Below, one piece after another: positions 29,049 through 38,959 of a stretch of 64,000 nt of DNA (position 1 is the stretch's first letter; every line of letters begins with the position of its first letter). A program made the position numbers and the translations under genes. Location: NCBI GenBank assembly GCA_964439625.1, contig CAYTPI010000020.1, positions 7,728-71,727 of the forward strand, given 5' to 3'. The stretch is from an uncultured Anaerolineae bacterium (lineage in GTDB: Bacteria > Chloroflexota > Anaerolineae > Aggregatilineales > UBA3940). The notes under the pieces are model-generated. The model did no database searches, was not told the origin of the DNA, and saw only the letters and a program-made list of their open reading frames with translations.

Positions 29049-30155
29049 TTACGCGAATTCGTCGAATTCAACTTCTTCGGTACCGGGTGGTGGCCCTTTT
29101 GGAATAGAAATTTCTATTCGCGCACCATTTGGCGTCGCTTCAACATGCAAGTCACCCCCTACAAGTGTGACACGTTCTTGTAACGTGCCAAGTCCAAGCG
29201 CATCCTTTGTCTTCGCATCCAATTGAAGTTGCTCCGTGTCAACGGTACGACCGTTACTATCTACCACAGCCCGCACACGGTCACCCGAAAGTTCCAGCTT
29301 CACTTCGATCTGGCTGGCCTCGCCGAGGTTACGTGCGCTAGAAAGGATGGCCTGAACGCCGCGGAATAACAAGACTTCCCGGTAAGCCTCTAACCGAGGG
29401 ATTTGACCCGCGCTTTCGAAGTCCGTTGTGATTTCGTTTTTCTCACCATACTGTGTGATGTAGCGCTTGAGGGTCGGCGCTAAGCCCAGGTCTCCCAGCA
29501 TCATTGGGCGCAACTCTTCAATAAAGCCGCGCACTTCCTGAAACGAAGAATTGGCTGAGGCTTTTAAGCGAACAAGTTCGACCCGGGCTCGCTCGACATC
29601 TTTATCGAACAACTTTTGACAGATTTCAGCCTGCAGAATGAAGTTCGTCAATGAGTGAGCTGGGCCATCGTGCATTTTACGTGCAAGCCGGTCACGCTCT
29701 TCTTCTTGCGCATCAATAATTTTGACAATGATCTCTTTGGCGTTGAAGCTTTCACTTTCATCTTCAACGTCGCCATTGGCACTAAGCGCCTGAATAATAT
29801 TTTCTAATAGGCCAATCTGCGTGCGCGTAGCATCTTCCTGTGCTTGCAGCTTGTCTGTTTCAGCACGGATCATCATCAAGCGTTGTTGTGTTGACAACGC
29901 CTCATCATACGTTTCTTGGACGGTCACCCGCGGCACTTGTTCAATCTGCGAGCGAACTTTTTGGAGTTCACCCATTATGACGGCGTTACGTTGGGTTAAC
30001 TGCTCGACTTGACCCTCAGACTGGAGAATTTTTTGTTCAATGTCTCGCTGTCGCCGCTGCAAAGTCTGAAGATCTGAACGGAGTGTTGAGACAAGTTCCT
30101 CGACATCGCTCAGTTCTTCTTCTGCTGCGTCAGTTTCAAAATCAAAGTCTGCCAT
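29049..30155 (-). CDS. DegS-like soluble sensor histidine kinase (coiled coil + HisKA_3 + degenerate HATPase)
   Basis: N-terminal coiled coil, no TM; EEERDRLARKMHDGPAHSL H-box matches DegS; ATPase boxes are divergent. Confidence 0.85.
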   Translation of the reverse strand: MADFDFETDAAEEELSDVEELVSTLRSDLQTLQRRQRDIEQKILQSEGQVEQLTQRNAVIMGELQKVRSQIEQVPRVTVQETYDEALSTQQRLMMIRAETDKLQAQEDATRTQIGLLENIIQALSANGDVEDESESFNAKEIIVKIIDAQEEERDRLARKMHDGPAHSLTNFILQAEICQKLFDKDVERARVELVRLKASANSSFQEVRGFIEELRPMMLGDLGLAPTLKRYITQYGEKNEITTDFESAGQIPRLEAYREVLLFRGVQAILSSARNLGEASQIEVKLELSGDRVRAVVDSNGRTVDTEQLQLDAKTKDALGLGTLQERVTLVGGDLHVEATPNGARIEISIPKGPPPGTEEVEFDEFA

Positions 30156-30272
30156 CGCTTTACCTATCGGTAGCTCAAATGAAGAGTGATATGCTGCACT
30201 TTTAGTGTTTAGTCATATTTAAATAGTGTAACGCTGATGGAGCAACTTCCAAACAGGATAATCTTCCTGTTT

Positions 30273-30989
30273 TTAGCGTTCTGTTGTCGTATCCTTCAAC
30301 CGTACCCACCCTCGGCGCAGTGCAAAAACCGCAGCCTGCGTGCGATCCTCTACTGCAAGCTTACGGAGGATGGAAGTCATGTGATTTTTTACGGTCTGAT
30401 GACTGATCTGCAGCGTACTAGCGATCTCTTTGTTACTGAGACCACGTGTCACATGCTGTAATATTTCCATTTCACGCGGGGAGAGCGGTGACAGAGACTC
30501 TGCTAAGTCGGCATAATACTCCCCTGCAACCGCTTCGACGCCTTTGTCCATCCATGTTTTTAGACCTTCTTCGTCGTAGACGACATCATTGACGACATAA
30601 CGGCCCTGTACAACATGCCTAATAGCATCGACTAGCTTTTCTGGTTCAATTTCTTTGGCACAGTATGCCGCCGCTCCCGCTCGCATAGCGTAAATGACTT
30701 GCTCGACGTTGTCATAAGCGGTCAACATGATGATACGCGTAGGCAACTTTTCTTGGCTAATCTTCTGAGTTACCTGGATGCCGTTCATTTTTGGCAAGTT
30801 AATATCCATAATAGCAACATCCGGTTCCATTCGTCGCAGGTCTGCAAGGGCGGCTTCACCGTCAGCACAATCTCCGATGACTTTGATATCCGCATGTTCT
30901 TCAAGATTGTATTGGATACCTTGGCGAAAAAAAGTGTGGTCATCAACAATGACGACGCTAATACTGCTCGGTGTTGTGGTTGGAGACAT
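30273..30989 (-). CDS. NarL/DegU-family response regulator
   Basis: VDDH, MDINLP, LTAY and AKE receiver motifs; LuxR HTH LSPREMEIL...GLSNKEIA..L.IS..TVKNH. Confidence 0.95.
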   Translation of the reverse strand: MSPTTTPSSISVVIVDDHTFFRQGIQYNLEEHADIKVIGDCADGEAALADLRRMEPDVAIMDINLPKMNGIQVTQKISQEKLPTRIIMLTAYDNVEQVIYAMRAGAAAYCAKEIEPEKLVDAIRHVVQGRYVVNDVVYDEEGLKTWMDKGVEAVAGEYYADLAESLSPLSPREMEILQHVTRGLSNKEIASTLQISHQTVKNHMTSILRKLAVEDRTQAAVFALRRGWVRLKDTTTER

Positions 30990-31084
30990 AATAAAGCCCT
31001 ACCCTAGGTTAGATAAAGTCAGCCAAGCGAGGAAAGATCAGATAATATATGAAGTCTATCATAACCCCGATAAGCGGGCAACTG

Positions 31085-32641
31085 TCACGGATTTAGGCAG
31101 GGTTTGTCTGGACTGACAGCGTATACCGTCATGGCTCCTAAATCGCTGCTTGCCTGCTGGTACTCAGGTTGTTCCGCAGCAGACCACACCGGGCATAAGG
31201 CTGGGTCGGTGACAAGCTGGGTGTAAGCATCGCTCCAGCCCGGAAACACAATTACATACTGCGCTTCCTCTGCAATAATGTAGTCGAGTAGCTGCCGCTC
31301 GCTGTTCATAAAGGGAATAACCTCTGGTGAGACGAGGCCAGCCAAATCTAAAAGCGGGCGGGGAGCAAAATAGCCCATAGCCCCAATATCATGCAGGGCA
31401 ATTAATGTGTCAGGCTCGGTATTAGCAGCAACCCACTGTGCAGACGCAACAATCTCATCCTCAATAAAAGCGACATCCTGGGCATAGGCAGGTGCCCCCA
31501 ACATGATTAGAATAGTAGGAAACAGCGCAGCGCAGACAACAGACCAAACCATACTGGCAGTGCGTTCAGCCTGATCACGCGAGCGAAGACGAACAACGCT
31601 AGCAGCCCCCCAGATTCCATAAATCACTAAGAAGGGAATTGTTGGCATAATGTAACGTCCATGTTGGAACGTCACTGGCAGACGATATGCATACATTAAC
31701 CAGTGCAACACAACCCAGATCAGCGGGAGCAGCAGCACACGATTATTACGGCGCACACTATTGACAACCATCGTAATGACCCCAGGCAGCAGCAATAGAT
31801 GAGCCCCAACAAATGCAACATTAATCTGCCGCCAAAATCGGATCGTCAGTGGAAGGGTGCGCAGAATTTCATATTCCGTTTGCTTAGCATAGAAGGTATT
31901 GGGCAGCAGTACACCACTGATCGCATAGTTAAACCCAAGAAAAACAGCAAGAGCAGCCCCGAACCCGACGCCCGCCATTAAGCCCCACTTCAAACGATCT
32001 CCTAAAGGCCCATTGACGCTAAACCCATAGAGCCCCGCAATTGCGAGTGCAAGTGCCCCCTCTGGGCGAGTCAACATTAGTACACCGCCGAACAAGCCGA
32101 GAGTAAGCCCTTCCCTTGGGGAGTGTCCGCGCTTAGCCGGGTCATGACGAATGACACCACGCCAAAACCAGATCAATAGGGCAGTAAAGAGAATGGTCTC
32201 CATTCCTGAAGCTGCCATCCAAACCATATGCCACTCAACAGCAACAGCAAGGCCAATCAACGTGGCAAAAGCTGGTTTATCATCACTCAAGAAACGTGCG
32301 GCACCAAGGGCCGCGGCTATCAGGCAGAGCAAGCCGACGAAGTTCGTCCACCAAAATGCATTCAACCATTGGCCCGGCACGAGCAGTGGTGTCCATAAAA
32401 GTGATGTTGATCCGGTACTCGGTTGCCCAGCAACAAAGGCCCATTGACCGTTTTCAGCGAGATTACGTGCGTAAGTTTGATAAATCCACGCATCGTCAAG
32501 CGGAAAACCAAAGCCCGCATTTTGAAGGTAGCCAGTCAGTAAGTAAACACCTTGGGCAAGAATACATATAATGACCAACACAAGGTCACGCTGGCGGGTT
32601 GACCAAGTTACTAAATTGAAAGTGGCTTTGAAGTAGCCCAT
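31085..32641 (-). CDS. GT-C-like polytopic membrane glycosyltransferase (DDAxI family)
   Basis: FPLDDAWIYQTYARNLA, GSTSLLW, ASGMET, TRPEG, QHGRY and HDIGAMGY..LLDLAGLVSP. Confidence 0.75.
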   Translation of the reverse strand: MGYFKATFNLVTWSTRQRDLVLVIICILAQGVYLLTGYLQNAGFGFPLDDAWIYQTYARNLAENGQWAFVAGQPSTGSTSLLWTPLLVPGQWLNAFWWTNFVGLLCLIAAALGAARFLSDDKPAFATLIGLAVAVEWHMVWMAASGMETILFTALLIWFWRGVIRHDPAKRGHSPREGLTLGLFGGVLMLTRPEGALALAIAGLYGFSVNGPLGDRLKWGLMAGVGFGAALAVFLGFNYAISGVLLPNTFYAKQTEYEILRTLPLTIRFWRQINVAFVGAHLLLLPGVITMVVNSVRRNNRVLLLPLIWVVLHWLMYAYRLPVTFQHGRYIMPTIPFLVIYGIWGAASVVRLRSRDQAERTASMVWSVVCAALFPTILIMLGAPAYAQDVAFIEDEIVASAQWVAANTEPDTLIALHDIGAMGYFAPRPLLDLAGLVSPEVIPFMNSERQLLDYIIAEEAQYVIVFPGWSDAYTQLVTDPALCPVWSAAEQPEYQQASSDLGAMTVYAVSPDKPCLNP

Positions 32642-32787
32642 AAGTCGCTATCATTTCGTTGAATCAGGCTTCGGTTAGGTGAGATGGTAATCTTAATGAG
32701 CGCTGTCTGCACCTTGATGGAACATTTTCGAGATATCAAGCGTTTTATAGGTAGAGATACGATCAAAGAAAGAAGGCAGCGAACGGA

Positions 32788-33633
32788 ATGACACAACTAC
32801 GAGCGACCCTTGCTATCGCATTAATAAGTATCTTGGCTCTAAGTGCCTGCGATCAAATTGGGCCGACTGACGAAGAGGACGATCCTCTAGTAAATTCAAC
32901 TGATGCCCCACAAGAACCGACTGAACCGGTAAACCTCACAGAAGCATCATCTGCTTTGCAGGGGACAAATGTTTACGTGGATAACATTGAGATTCTTTTG
33001 ATGGAGTCTTGGCCGTTGCAGGCTTCAGCAATCGTCACAGGAAATTTGGCTGACGGCTGTGTGTCGCTGAACGGATTTGATGTCAACCGCGTAGACACCA
33101 CATTTACGCTGACCCCACTTACCGAGAGAGACGCAGATGCTCTGTGTATCCAAGCCTTAGTTCCATTTGAAGAGTCTGCGCCACTGGATATATTTGGCCT
33201 TGATGCTGGTATGTACACCGTCACCAGCGGTAATGTTTCAGCAAATTTCACACTTGATATGGACAACATTTTGCCTGAAGATATGCTTCCAGAAGAACCT
33301 CCAGTTGGCACTGAACCTGCTGGTGATGAAAAGACACTGGGTGATCCATTACCTGTTAACACAATTATGGTAGAGACTGGTCACACGCCAACCAATGCTA
33401 TAGTAACTCTCCAACTAACCGTTCCCAATGGCTGTATTGAATATCTTGTGGTTACGGAAGGACAGATGGATACGAGCATCACACTGAATGTCTTTCAGGA
33501 TGTTCCGTCGAATGTAGCCTGCCTCGCAGCCCTGACGGATACAGAAGTCACCCACATACTCACTGAGTTAAGCATCGGTATACGCTATACAATCGACGCT
33601 GGCGGTGTCAGTGAGACATATACCACGCCCTAG
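32788..33633 (+). CDS. Lipoprotein with two related Cys-pair domains
   Basis: Lipobox LSAC; two ~95-aa units each with (D/N)GC...C(IQ/LA)AL...Y; its stop abuts the convergent gene's stop with no gap. Confidence 0.75.
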   Translation: MTQLRATLAIALISILALSACDQIGPTDEEDDPLVNSTDAPQEPTEPVNLTEASSALQGTNVYVDNIEILLMESWPLQASAIVTGNLADGCVSLNGFDVNRVDTTFTLTPLTERDADALCIQALVPFEESAPLDIFGLDAGMYTVTSGNVSANFTLDMDNILPEDMLPEEPPVGTEPAGDEKTLGDPLPVNTIMVETGHTPTNAIVTLQLTVPNGCIEYLVVTEGQMDTSITLNVFQDVPSNVACLAALTDTEVTHILTELSIGIRYTIDAGGVSETYTTP

Positions 33634-35202
33634 TTATTTCGGCTGACAGATAATTTGATAGAGCGTAGCAGCCCCCGCCTCAACCGTCGCAAGTTTCTCA
33701 AAGCAATTTGGGTCGGGGTCGCTGTCAGCCGATGTTGATAGTCCAAAAGGAAGCAGCAAATATGTCGCTTGGTATGCGACGGCAGCCCGTAAGATTTCCT
33801 CTTCCCCGCCTGTGATCAATGGGATGCTAGAGCGCCCCGTGTAGAGATATACGGCTGGCGCATTGTTACTCATAAGGACGGCATCAGCCGGAACAGCATT
33901 TTCTGACAGAAGGGTATCTAAACTTTCATATAATCGTTGATTGGTATTCCAGCCGGAAAGACTACGCGCTGTTAAGAATATAGTTAGGCCCGCCGCAAAG
34001 ACAATCGAGGCAGGCGCAAAGATCTGCCAAGACTGACGCAAACGCCAACCGTTTACCCGCTGACCAGCCCAGCGGAGCGCATCCTCTAAACCAAGGACTG
34101 CAAGCGATAGTAGAAACGGCATGAGTGCAGCTGAGGAATGAAACCAGCCACCTCGTTGCCCTGGATAAGCAAATATGAAGGTCATTGCAGTGAATAGGCC
34201 TGCTGCGTACAGAAGTGAAGGAACTACAGTCACCTGCCGCCAGCGCTTAAACAGTGCAATGACCGTAAACGGCGTCAGAAAGATGTAGTTATTCACAGCG
34301 ACAAAGCTTTGTAAATTGGTCACCAAAACACTGACTCGGCTGCGAATGATAAACACTAGCCCAGCATCAATAAAGCGAGCAGGGGTGGTTACCGGCGGGT
34401 ACCGGAAGAGGTCGTTGTATTCAAGCAAGAAGATCGTGCTTATCCCACCCGGTGGTTGGATCGACCCATACAAAGCTAAATTCCGCAGTAGCCATGGTGC
34501 TGCAACAATCAGGTAGCCGCTGATGATAGCTGCGACGGAAAGAAACATACTTTGTAGCCTGCCAAGACGCAGTTGCCACAGAGCAACGCCTAGCCCGACT
34601 AACACCAGCAGCAAACCATCACTACGGGTCAGGTAAGCAAGGCCGGCACACACACCAGCCAGCAGCCAGACCCACCATCTACGGTTACGGTCGGTGGCAC
34701 CTTGTGTAACTAAGTAGAGACTAGTCCCTCCGAAAACCGCAAAGGGTGTAAACGTCTCAGGAATGACCCAATTCACTGCATAATAGCCAGCAAAGCATAT
34801 CAACAACCCAGCAATCAAGGCACGCTTATGGTTATCAGTGCGGCTATCTACTTGAAGGTAGGTTAGGTAGGCGAGTGCGGGGAGCAAACTCGCCAGCAAA
34901 ACATACGGTACTTGCGCAGCGCCAAACGACCGAGGCCCAATATTTAGACCAACTGCCGCAATAAACGATGGCAACGGTTGCCAATATCCAAAAGCTGAAT
35001 ATGGTATTTCTGGAGGTGGATTGAGATAGTTCCAGAAGTAAGGCTCAGCGAACGGCCATCCTTGCTCAGTGATGAGTACAGCACCCGTGTAGTAATATGT
35101 GGCATCCAGCGATGGTCCGGGTGATGTAACCAAGCCAGCTACTAGCGTGTTAATGACTAGCCCAACTGCCATCACAATAAGCAGGTTACGGCAGTGTATC
35201 AT
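33634..35202 (-). CDS. GT39-like GT-C membrane glycosyltransferase
   Basis: PGPSLDATYY acidic loop, WQPLPS, LAYLTRSDG, PWLLRN and many TMs. Confidence 0.75.
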   Translation of the reverse strand: MIHCRNLLIVMAVGLVINTLVAGLVTSPGPSLDATYYYTGAVLITEQGWPFAEPYFWNYLNPPPEIPYSAFGYWQPLPSFIAAVGLNIGPRSFGAAQVPYVLLASLLPALAYLTYLQVDSRTDNHKRALIAGLLICFAGYYAVNWVIPETFTPFAVFGGTSLYLVTQGATDRNRRWWVWLLAGVCAGLAYLTRSDGLLLVLVGLGVALWQLRLGRLQSMFLSVAAIISGYLIVAAPWLLRNLALYGSIQPPGGISTIFLLEYNDLFRYPPVTTPARFIDAGLVFIIRSRVSVLVTNLQSFVAVNNYIFLTPFTVIALFKRWRQVTVVPSLLYAAGLFTAMTFIFAYPGQRGGWFHSSAALMPFLLSLAVLGLEDALRWAGQRVNGWRLRQSWQIFAPASIVFAAGLTIFLTARSLSGWNTNQRLYESLDTLLSENAVPADAVLMSNNAPAVYLYTGRSSIPLITGGEEEILRAAVAYQATYLLLPFGLSTSADSDPDPNCFEKLATVEAGAATLYQIICQPK

Positions 35203-35209
35203 CGTATCA

Positions 35210-37333
35210 TCATCGCGGAATGTTAGCCTCTAGCTGAATTTCATAGAGGGTAAATTCACCTTCAAAGCGCCACACTTCTTGGAGTGTTGACCCGCGTAAA
35301 GCATCTAAGGTTTGTATATCCTCTGGCATGACCGGCTCATAAGGCTCTTCTTTGTAGAGAAAGGTACGTCCTGCCTCAAAGATTAGGACGTGAGAAGCGT
35401 CCGCTTCGACCCAGCTTTGGACAATAGCTTCAGGCTCTTCGAGCGTTTGGCGTCCATGCCACCATTCATTAATAAGTGAGTCAGGGATGCAGGTGACATC
35501 TTGGTCACAATAATAGGTTCGTGGCTCCCAGAGGAATTGCACAGTCGAACCAGCAGGCAAAGTATTGATCTGCTGCATAGCAAAATAATGCGTTCCCGTT
35601 CCAGATGAAAGTAGATACTCGTCTTGCGTTTGTAAACCCACCACAACGTAAAGCGGATTATGTGCAACAAATTCCAGTACAGTATTAATCACTGCTACCA
35701 GCGTGACAACTATGACAGTTATTAAAGCTGGCATACGTAAGTCAATAGCAACAATGATGTCTTTTAGCCCAACCAATGCCAACCCACTTACGAGTGCCAA
35801 CATTGGAAAGATCGCAAACAAGAGGCGTGTTTGGATCAAATACCAAGAAACAGTCGAACCGTACAACCAGAAAAGATATGCAGGAACTGTAAAAACAAAA
35901 AGGTGACCCACGAAAGCTTTGATCTGTTCCGGGCGCTGCTTCCAGCCGATGAACATAAACGGCAGTAACCCAATAATTAACGGGGTGATGTTAGCCATAT
36001 AGGGGCTTACACCATCATAACCGAAGATAGAGAACTGCATTGGAGCCAGAAAAAATCCCGCTGCATCGAAGGGTTCTCCCTTGGCGATGAACCCAGTCCA
36101 TGGGCGTAGATAGTACCAGGCATCTAACTCGTCAAAGCCAGCCGTCCCTGGCCCAAAAGGTGCGACGGGGTTTCCATATAAAATGAGGTTTTTCAACAAC
36201 CAGGGCGAAAATAGGATTAGGGCAACGAAGGTCAATGAAGCAGCAGACCGCCCCGCAAACCAGAGGCTGCGCCGCCGCGCGAGCCACAGTGCCAACACAC
36301 CTAGCCCAATCGAAGCACCGCCCGCAGTGTATTTACAACCAACCGCAAAGCCAGTGAATACTCCAGCTAGGATAAGATACTCGCTCTGGTAATCACTATC
36401 TGCCCAGCGCAGCAGCATCAGAAAAGCAGCCGTGGCGTAAGCCATCAAGCCGAGGTCATTATAAGGCCAATGGAATGATGCCCAAATTGTTTTACTTAAC
36501 AGTAATATGCTCACAGCAACCCATCCGGCAGCAGGCCGCTGCAGACGGTACGCTGTGGCAACAACTAAGAGCAACATCAAAGTGCCCAGCAATGTGTGCA
36601 TCAGGACGGCAGCTTGTGGCGTCGCAATCAGCAACTGCCACAGATACAAAGTTTCCACAAGCTGAGGGAAACCAAGGAAGTGATTATCAATGAGAGGGAT
36701 AACCCGGCCCGCTGCGAGGTAGGCTTGCGGCCCAGCTAGATGATAGGTCAGCGCATCCCATTTCGTGGGTGGGGCCAAGGCAAGTAAGACGGCAAGTATT
36801 AAAAAAACTAGGGAGACCCAGCGCAGCAGGCGTATATAACGATATTCAGTTGGCTCAAAGACAGACTGCAACCCTCGTTTAAAGTCATTCAGCCAATCAA
36901 ATAACGTGCGATAAAGCCCAGCAAGTATGGTCAGCATTAGCACCCACACCAACCATCTGGGCGGGTAGGCACCCAAGAGTCCTAGCAAAAGCCCAAGTAG
37001 GCTAAGGCTGCCCAAGCCGACCAGTAACTGAAATAACGTTCGCTCTAACGCGGTTAGCTCAGTAGACTGGGGCCACAGCAACCGTCCAACAACAGTCCCT
37101 AATGCCGATAAACTGAGAAAGCCAAGCACTGTCAGTACCAAGTTGCTGACGGCCTCAAAGGTCCGTTGTGGGTCAAAAACGCCCGGCTTTTGGGCGATTC
37201 CCGAAAAAAGACGCGGATGGCCCGGATAGTGAAGGATCAGATAACCGACCGTTAGCGTCAGTAGCCAAATCAGTGGAAGATAGAAAAGAAGCCGCCTCCC
37301 CAAGCGACGCATGTGCCTACTAGATGACGCCAT
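35210..37333 (-). CDS. GT39/ArnT-like GT-C membrane protein
   Basis: PPTKWDALTYHL, FPQLVETL, YNDL, GCKYT, PWLLKN..GNPVAP and QTRLL; C-terminal soluble domain. Confidence 0.72.
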   Translation of the reverse strand: MASSSRHMRRLGRRLLFYLPLIWLLTLTVGYLILHYPGHPRLFSGIAQKPGVFDPQRTFEAVSNLVLTVLGFLSLSALGTVVGRLLWPQSTELTALERTLFQLLVGLGSLSLLGLLLGLLGAYPPRWLVWVLMLTILAGLYRTLFDWLNDFKRGLQSVFEPTEYRYIRLLRWVSLVFLILAVLLALAPPTKWDALTYHLAGPQAYLAAGRVIPLIDNHFLGFPQLVETLYLWQLLIATPQAAVLMHTLLGTLMLLLVVATAYRLQRPAAGWVAVSILLLSKTIWASFHWPYNDLGLMAYATAAFLMLLRWADSDYQSEYLILAGVFTGFAVGCKYTAGGASIGLGVLALWLARRRSLWFAGRSAASLTFVALILFSPWLLKNLILYGNPVAPFGPGTAGFDELDAWYYLRPWTGFIAKGEPFDAAGFFLAPMQFSIFGYDGVSPYMANITPLIIGLLPFMFIGWKQRPEQIKAFVGHLFVFTVPAYLFWLYGSTVSWYLIQTRLLFAIFPMLALVSGLALVGLKDIIVAIDLRMPALITVIVVTLVAVINTVLEFVAHNPLYVVVGLQTQDEYLLSSGTGTHYFAMQQINTLPAGSTVQFLWEPRTYYCDQDVTCIPDSLINEWWHGRQTLEEPEAIVQSWVEADASHVLIFEAGRTFLYKEEPYEPVMPEDIQTLDALRGSTLQEVWRFEGEFTLYEIQLEANIPR

Positions 37334-38811
37334 TACCTATCCTCACGGACGAACACCACGGCAAGATTATCTTCATGTACCATTTGCCAACCAGGTTCAT
37401 CTGCTAAAGCAAGACCAATTGGACTGATGCGTTCAACAAATACCGTTTGAATGTCGTATTCATCTAGTTGGGACTGCCAGTTTTCCGCTGCCAAGTACAT
37501 CGACAGGTAAGGCCCCAGAATCTCATCGCCGTAGAGATCAGTGCGTCCATCAACAAACACAGGAATTTCGTCCCCCGCCCAGATCAGATAGCCGCCCCAA
37601 TTGTAACTATTAAGAAGTGGTATCTGAATGTCGGCCTCATTGAGGTAAGCCACACCGGCTGATGGAACATAGATAGAGCGCAGGTCGTTGATGCGCTCCG
37701 GCTGCATTTCGTAAACTGTTTTACCGATTGCGCCCAACACAGCGAGCACAATCAAAGTAATGTTGACATATGCAAACAGACCGCGGCTTGGCAGTTTCCG
37801 CGTCCGGAGGCGGATATGATAATCCTCACTGAGTGCATGCAGATGATAGGCTAAAACTGGCGCAGCAACGATGGCAAAAGCCGCGATATTCCTAGCAGCA
37901 GCCAATGATAGATAAGCTGTACCAGCTAGCAGGACAGTGGAGGTCCACCAGAGGCGCTTACTGGAAAGGCCGGCAGCTAAAAACGTAGCCAACAGCAACC
38001 AAACAAATGGCCAGATTTGCGGTGAGCGAAAGTCTGGTACCGCCCATTCTTGAATGAACGTTCGCAGCGCATCAATACCGACTGTTTCAAACGGATACAA
38101 GAGCATACGGAGGCCGTAGGGATTCAATGAGACTAACGCGGCAGAGACTAGGCCAATGATAATGGGGCGCAAGACCTGGCGATGCGAGAAATCGGCGTTT
38201 GTTGTGACGAGGCCATCAAGTAACCAATGTAGCGCAGTCCCAATTGAGTAGAGTACCAGCAAGACAAAACCAAGGGCAAAACCCGCGTGCAGGTTAACCC
38301 AAACCAGCATAATGAGCGGGATCAACCATAGGCGATCAATCGAGCGCACTTCATAGAGCCATAGCAAGTACAGAACAACCGTGCTTAAAAAGAACGACAC
38401 CATTTGTGGGCGCGCTGACCAGAAGACTGCTGCTGCCGCACCTGCTAAAATAACCGCCAGTCCAGCAATTATTGGGTCAGCATCACACTGAAGGTAAATG
38501 AAAATCATACCGCCCGTTGCAAGTAATGCGGTGAAAAGCGCCAACCCAAGGTCACCTGCGGTGCGATAGAATAAAAACAAAATAGACTGAGAAAGCCATG
38601 AATGATTAACCCATGGTGCACCGAGCCGGGTCGAGGAGAAGATATCCTCCATTAGGATAGCCCCGTTTTCGACCTGCCATTGACCTGCAGCTAGGTGCCA
38701 GTAGGTATCTGTATCCAGAGGCACTTGAAGAGCCATCGCAAAGATAGCCGCCACGGTCACTACAAAGACAGCCCAAGCAAGAGGTACGCTCAGTTTTGTA
38801 TTACCTGCCAT
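37333..38811 (-). CDS. GT-C-like membrane protein (DxDxYWHL family)
   Basis: DTDTYWHLAAG, WVNHSWLSQ, RPQMVS, WVNLHAGF, NPYG, IQEW..P and YNWGGYL..VFVDGRTDLYG; 1-bp TAATG overlap with the next gene. Confidence 0.72.
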   Translation of the reverse strand: MAGNTKLSVPLAWAVFVVTVAAIFAMALQVPLDTDTYWHLAAGQWQVENGAILMEDIFSSTRLGAPWVNHSWLSQSILFLFYRTAGDLGLALFTALLATGGMIFIYLQCDADPIIAGLAVILAGAAAAVFWSARPQMVSFFLSTVVLYLLWLYEVRSIDRLWLIPLIMLVWVNLHAGFALGFVLLVLYSIGTALHWLLDGLVTTNADFSHRQVLRPIIIGLVSAALVSLNPYGLRMLLYPFETVGIDALRTFIQEWAVPDFRSPQIWPFVWLLLATFLAAGLSSKRLWWTSTVLLAGTAYLSLAAARNIAAFAIVAAPVLAYHLHALSEDYHIRLRTRKLPSRGLFAYVNITLIVLAVLGAIGKTVYEMQPERINDLRSIYVPSAGVAYLNEADIQIPLLNSYNWGGYLIWAGDEIPVFVDGRTDLYGDEILGPYLSMYLAAENWQSQLDEYDIQTVFVERISPIGLALADEPGWQMVHEDNLAVVFVREDR

Positions 38812-38875
38812 TTGGTCAACACCTATCTGTCACTTGGCTGGTAGCAAGCGATATCTTTGCTGCCAGGTAGGTACT

Positions 38876-38905
38876 TTAGCCCGTGCCACAGTGCGATGCT
38901 AGAAA
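38876..38905 (+). promoter_or_regulatory. Putative sigma70-type promoter with an adjacent inverted repeat
   Basis: TTAGCC-N18-TAGAAA with extended TG; upstream inverted repeat CTGGTAGCAA/TTGCTGCCAG at 38838-38866 (9 of 10 match) in the divergent region. Confidence 0.35.
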
Positions 38906-38959
38906 TGTTTTGCGCTATTTACGATATTGTGATTTTGCCAGGCACTCGCCACCGTTATA

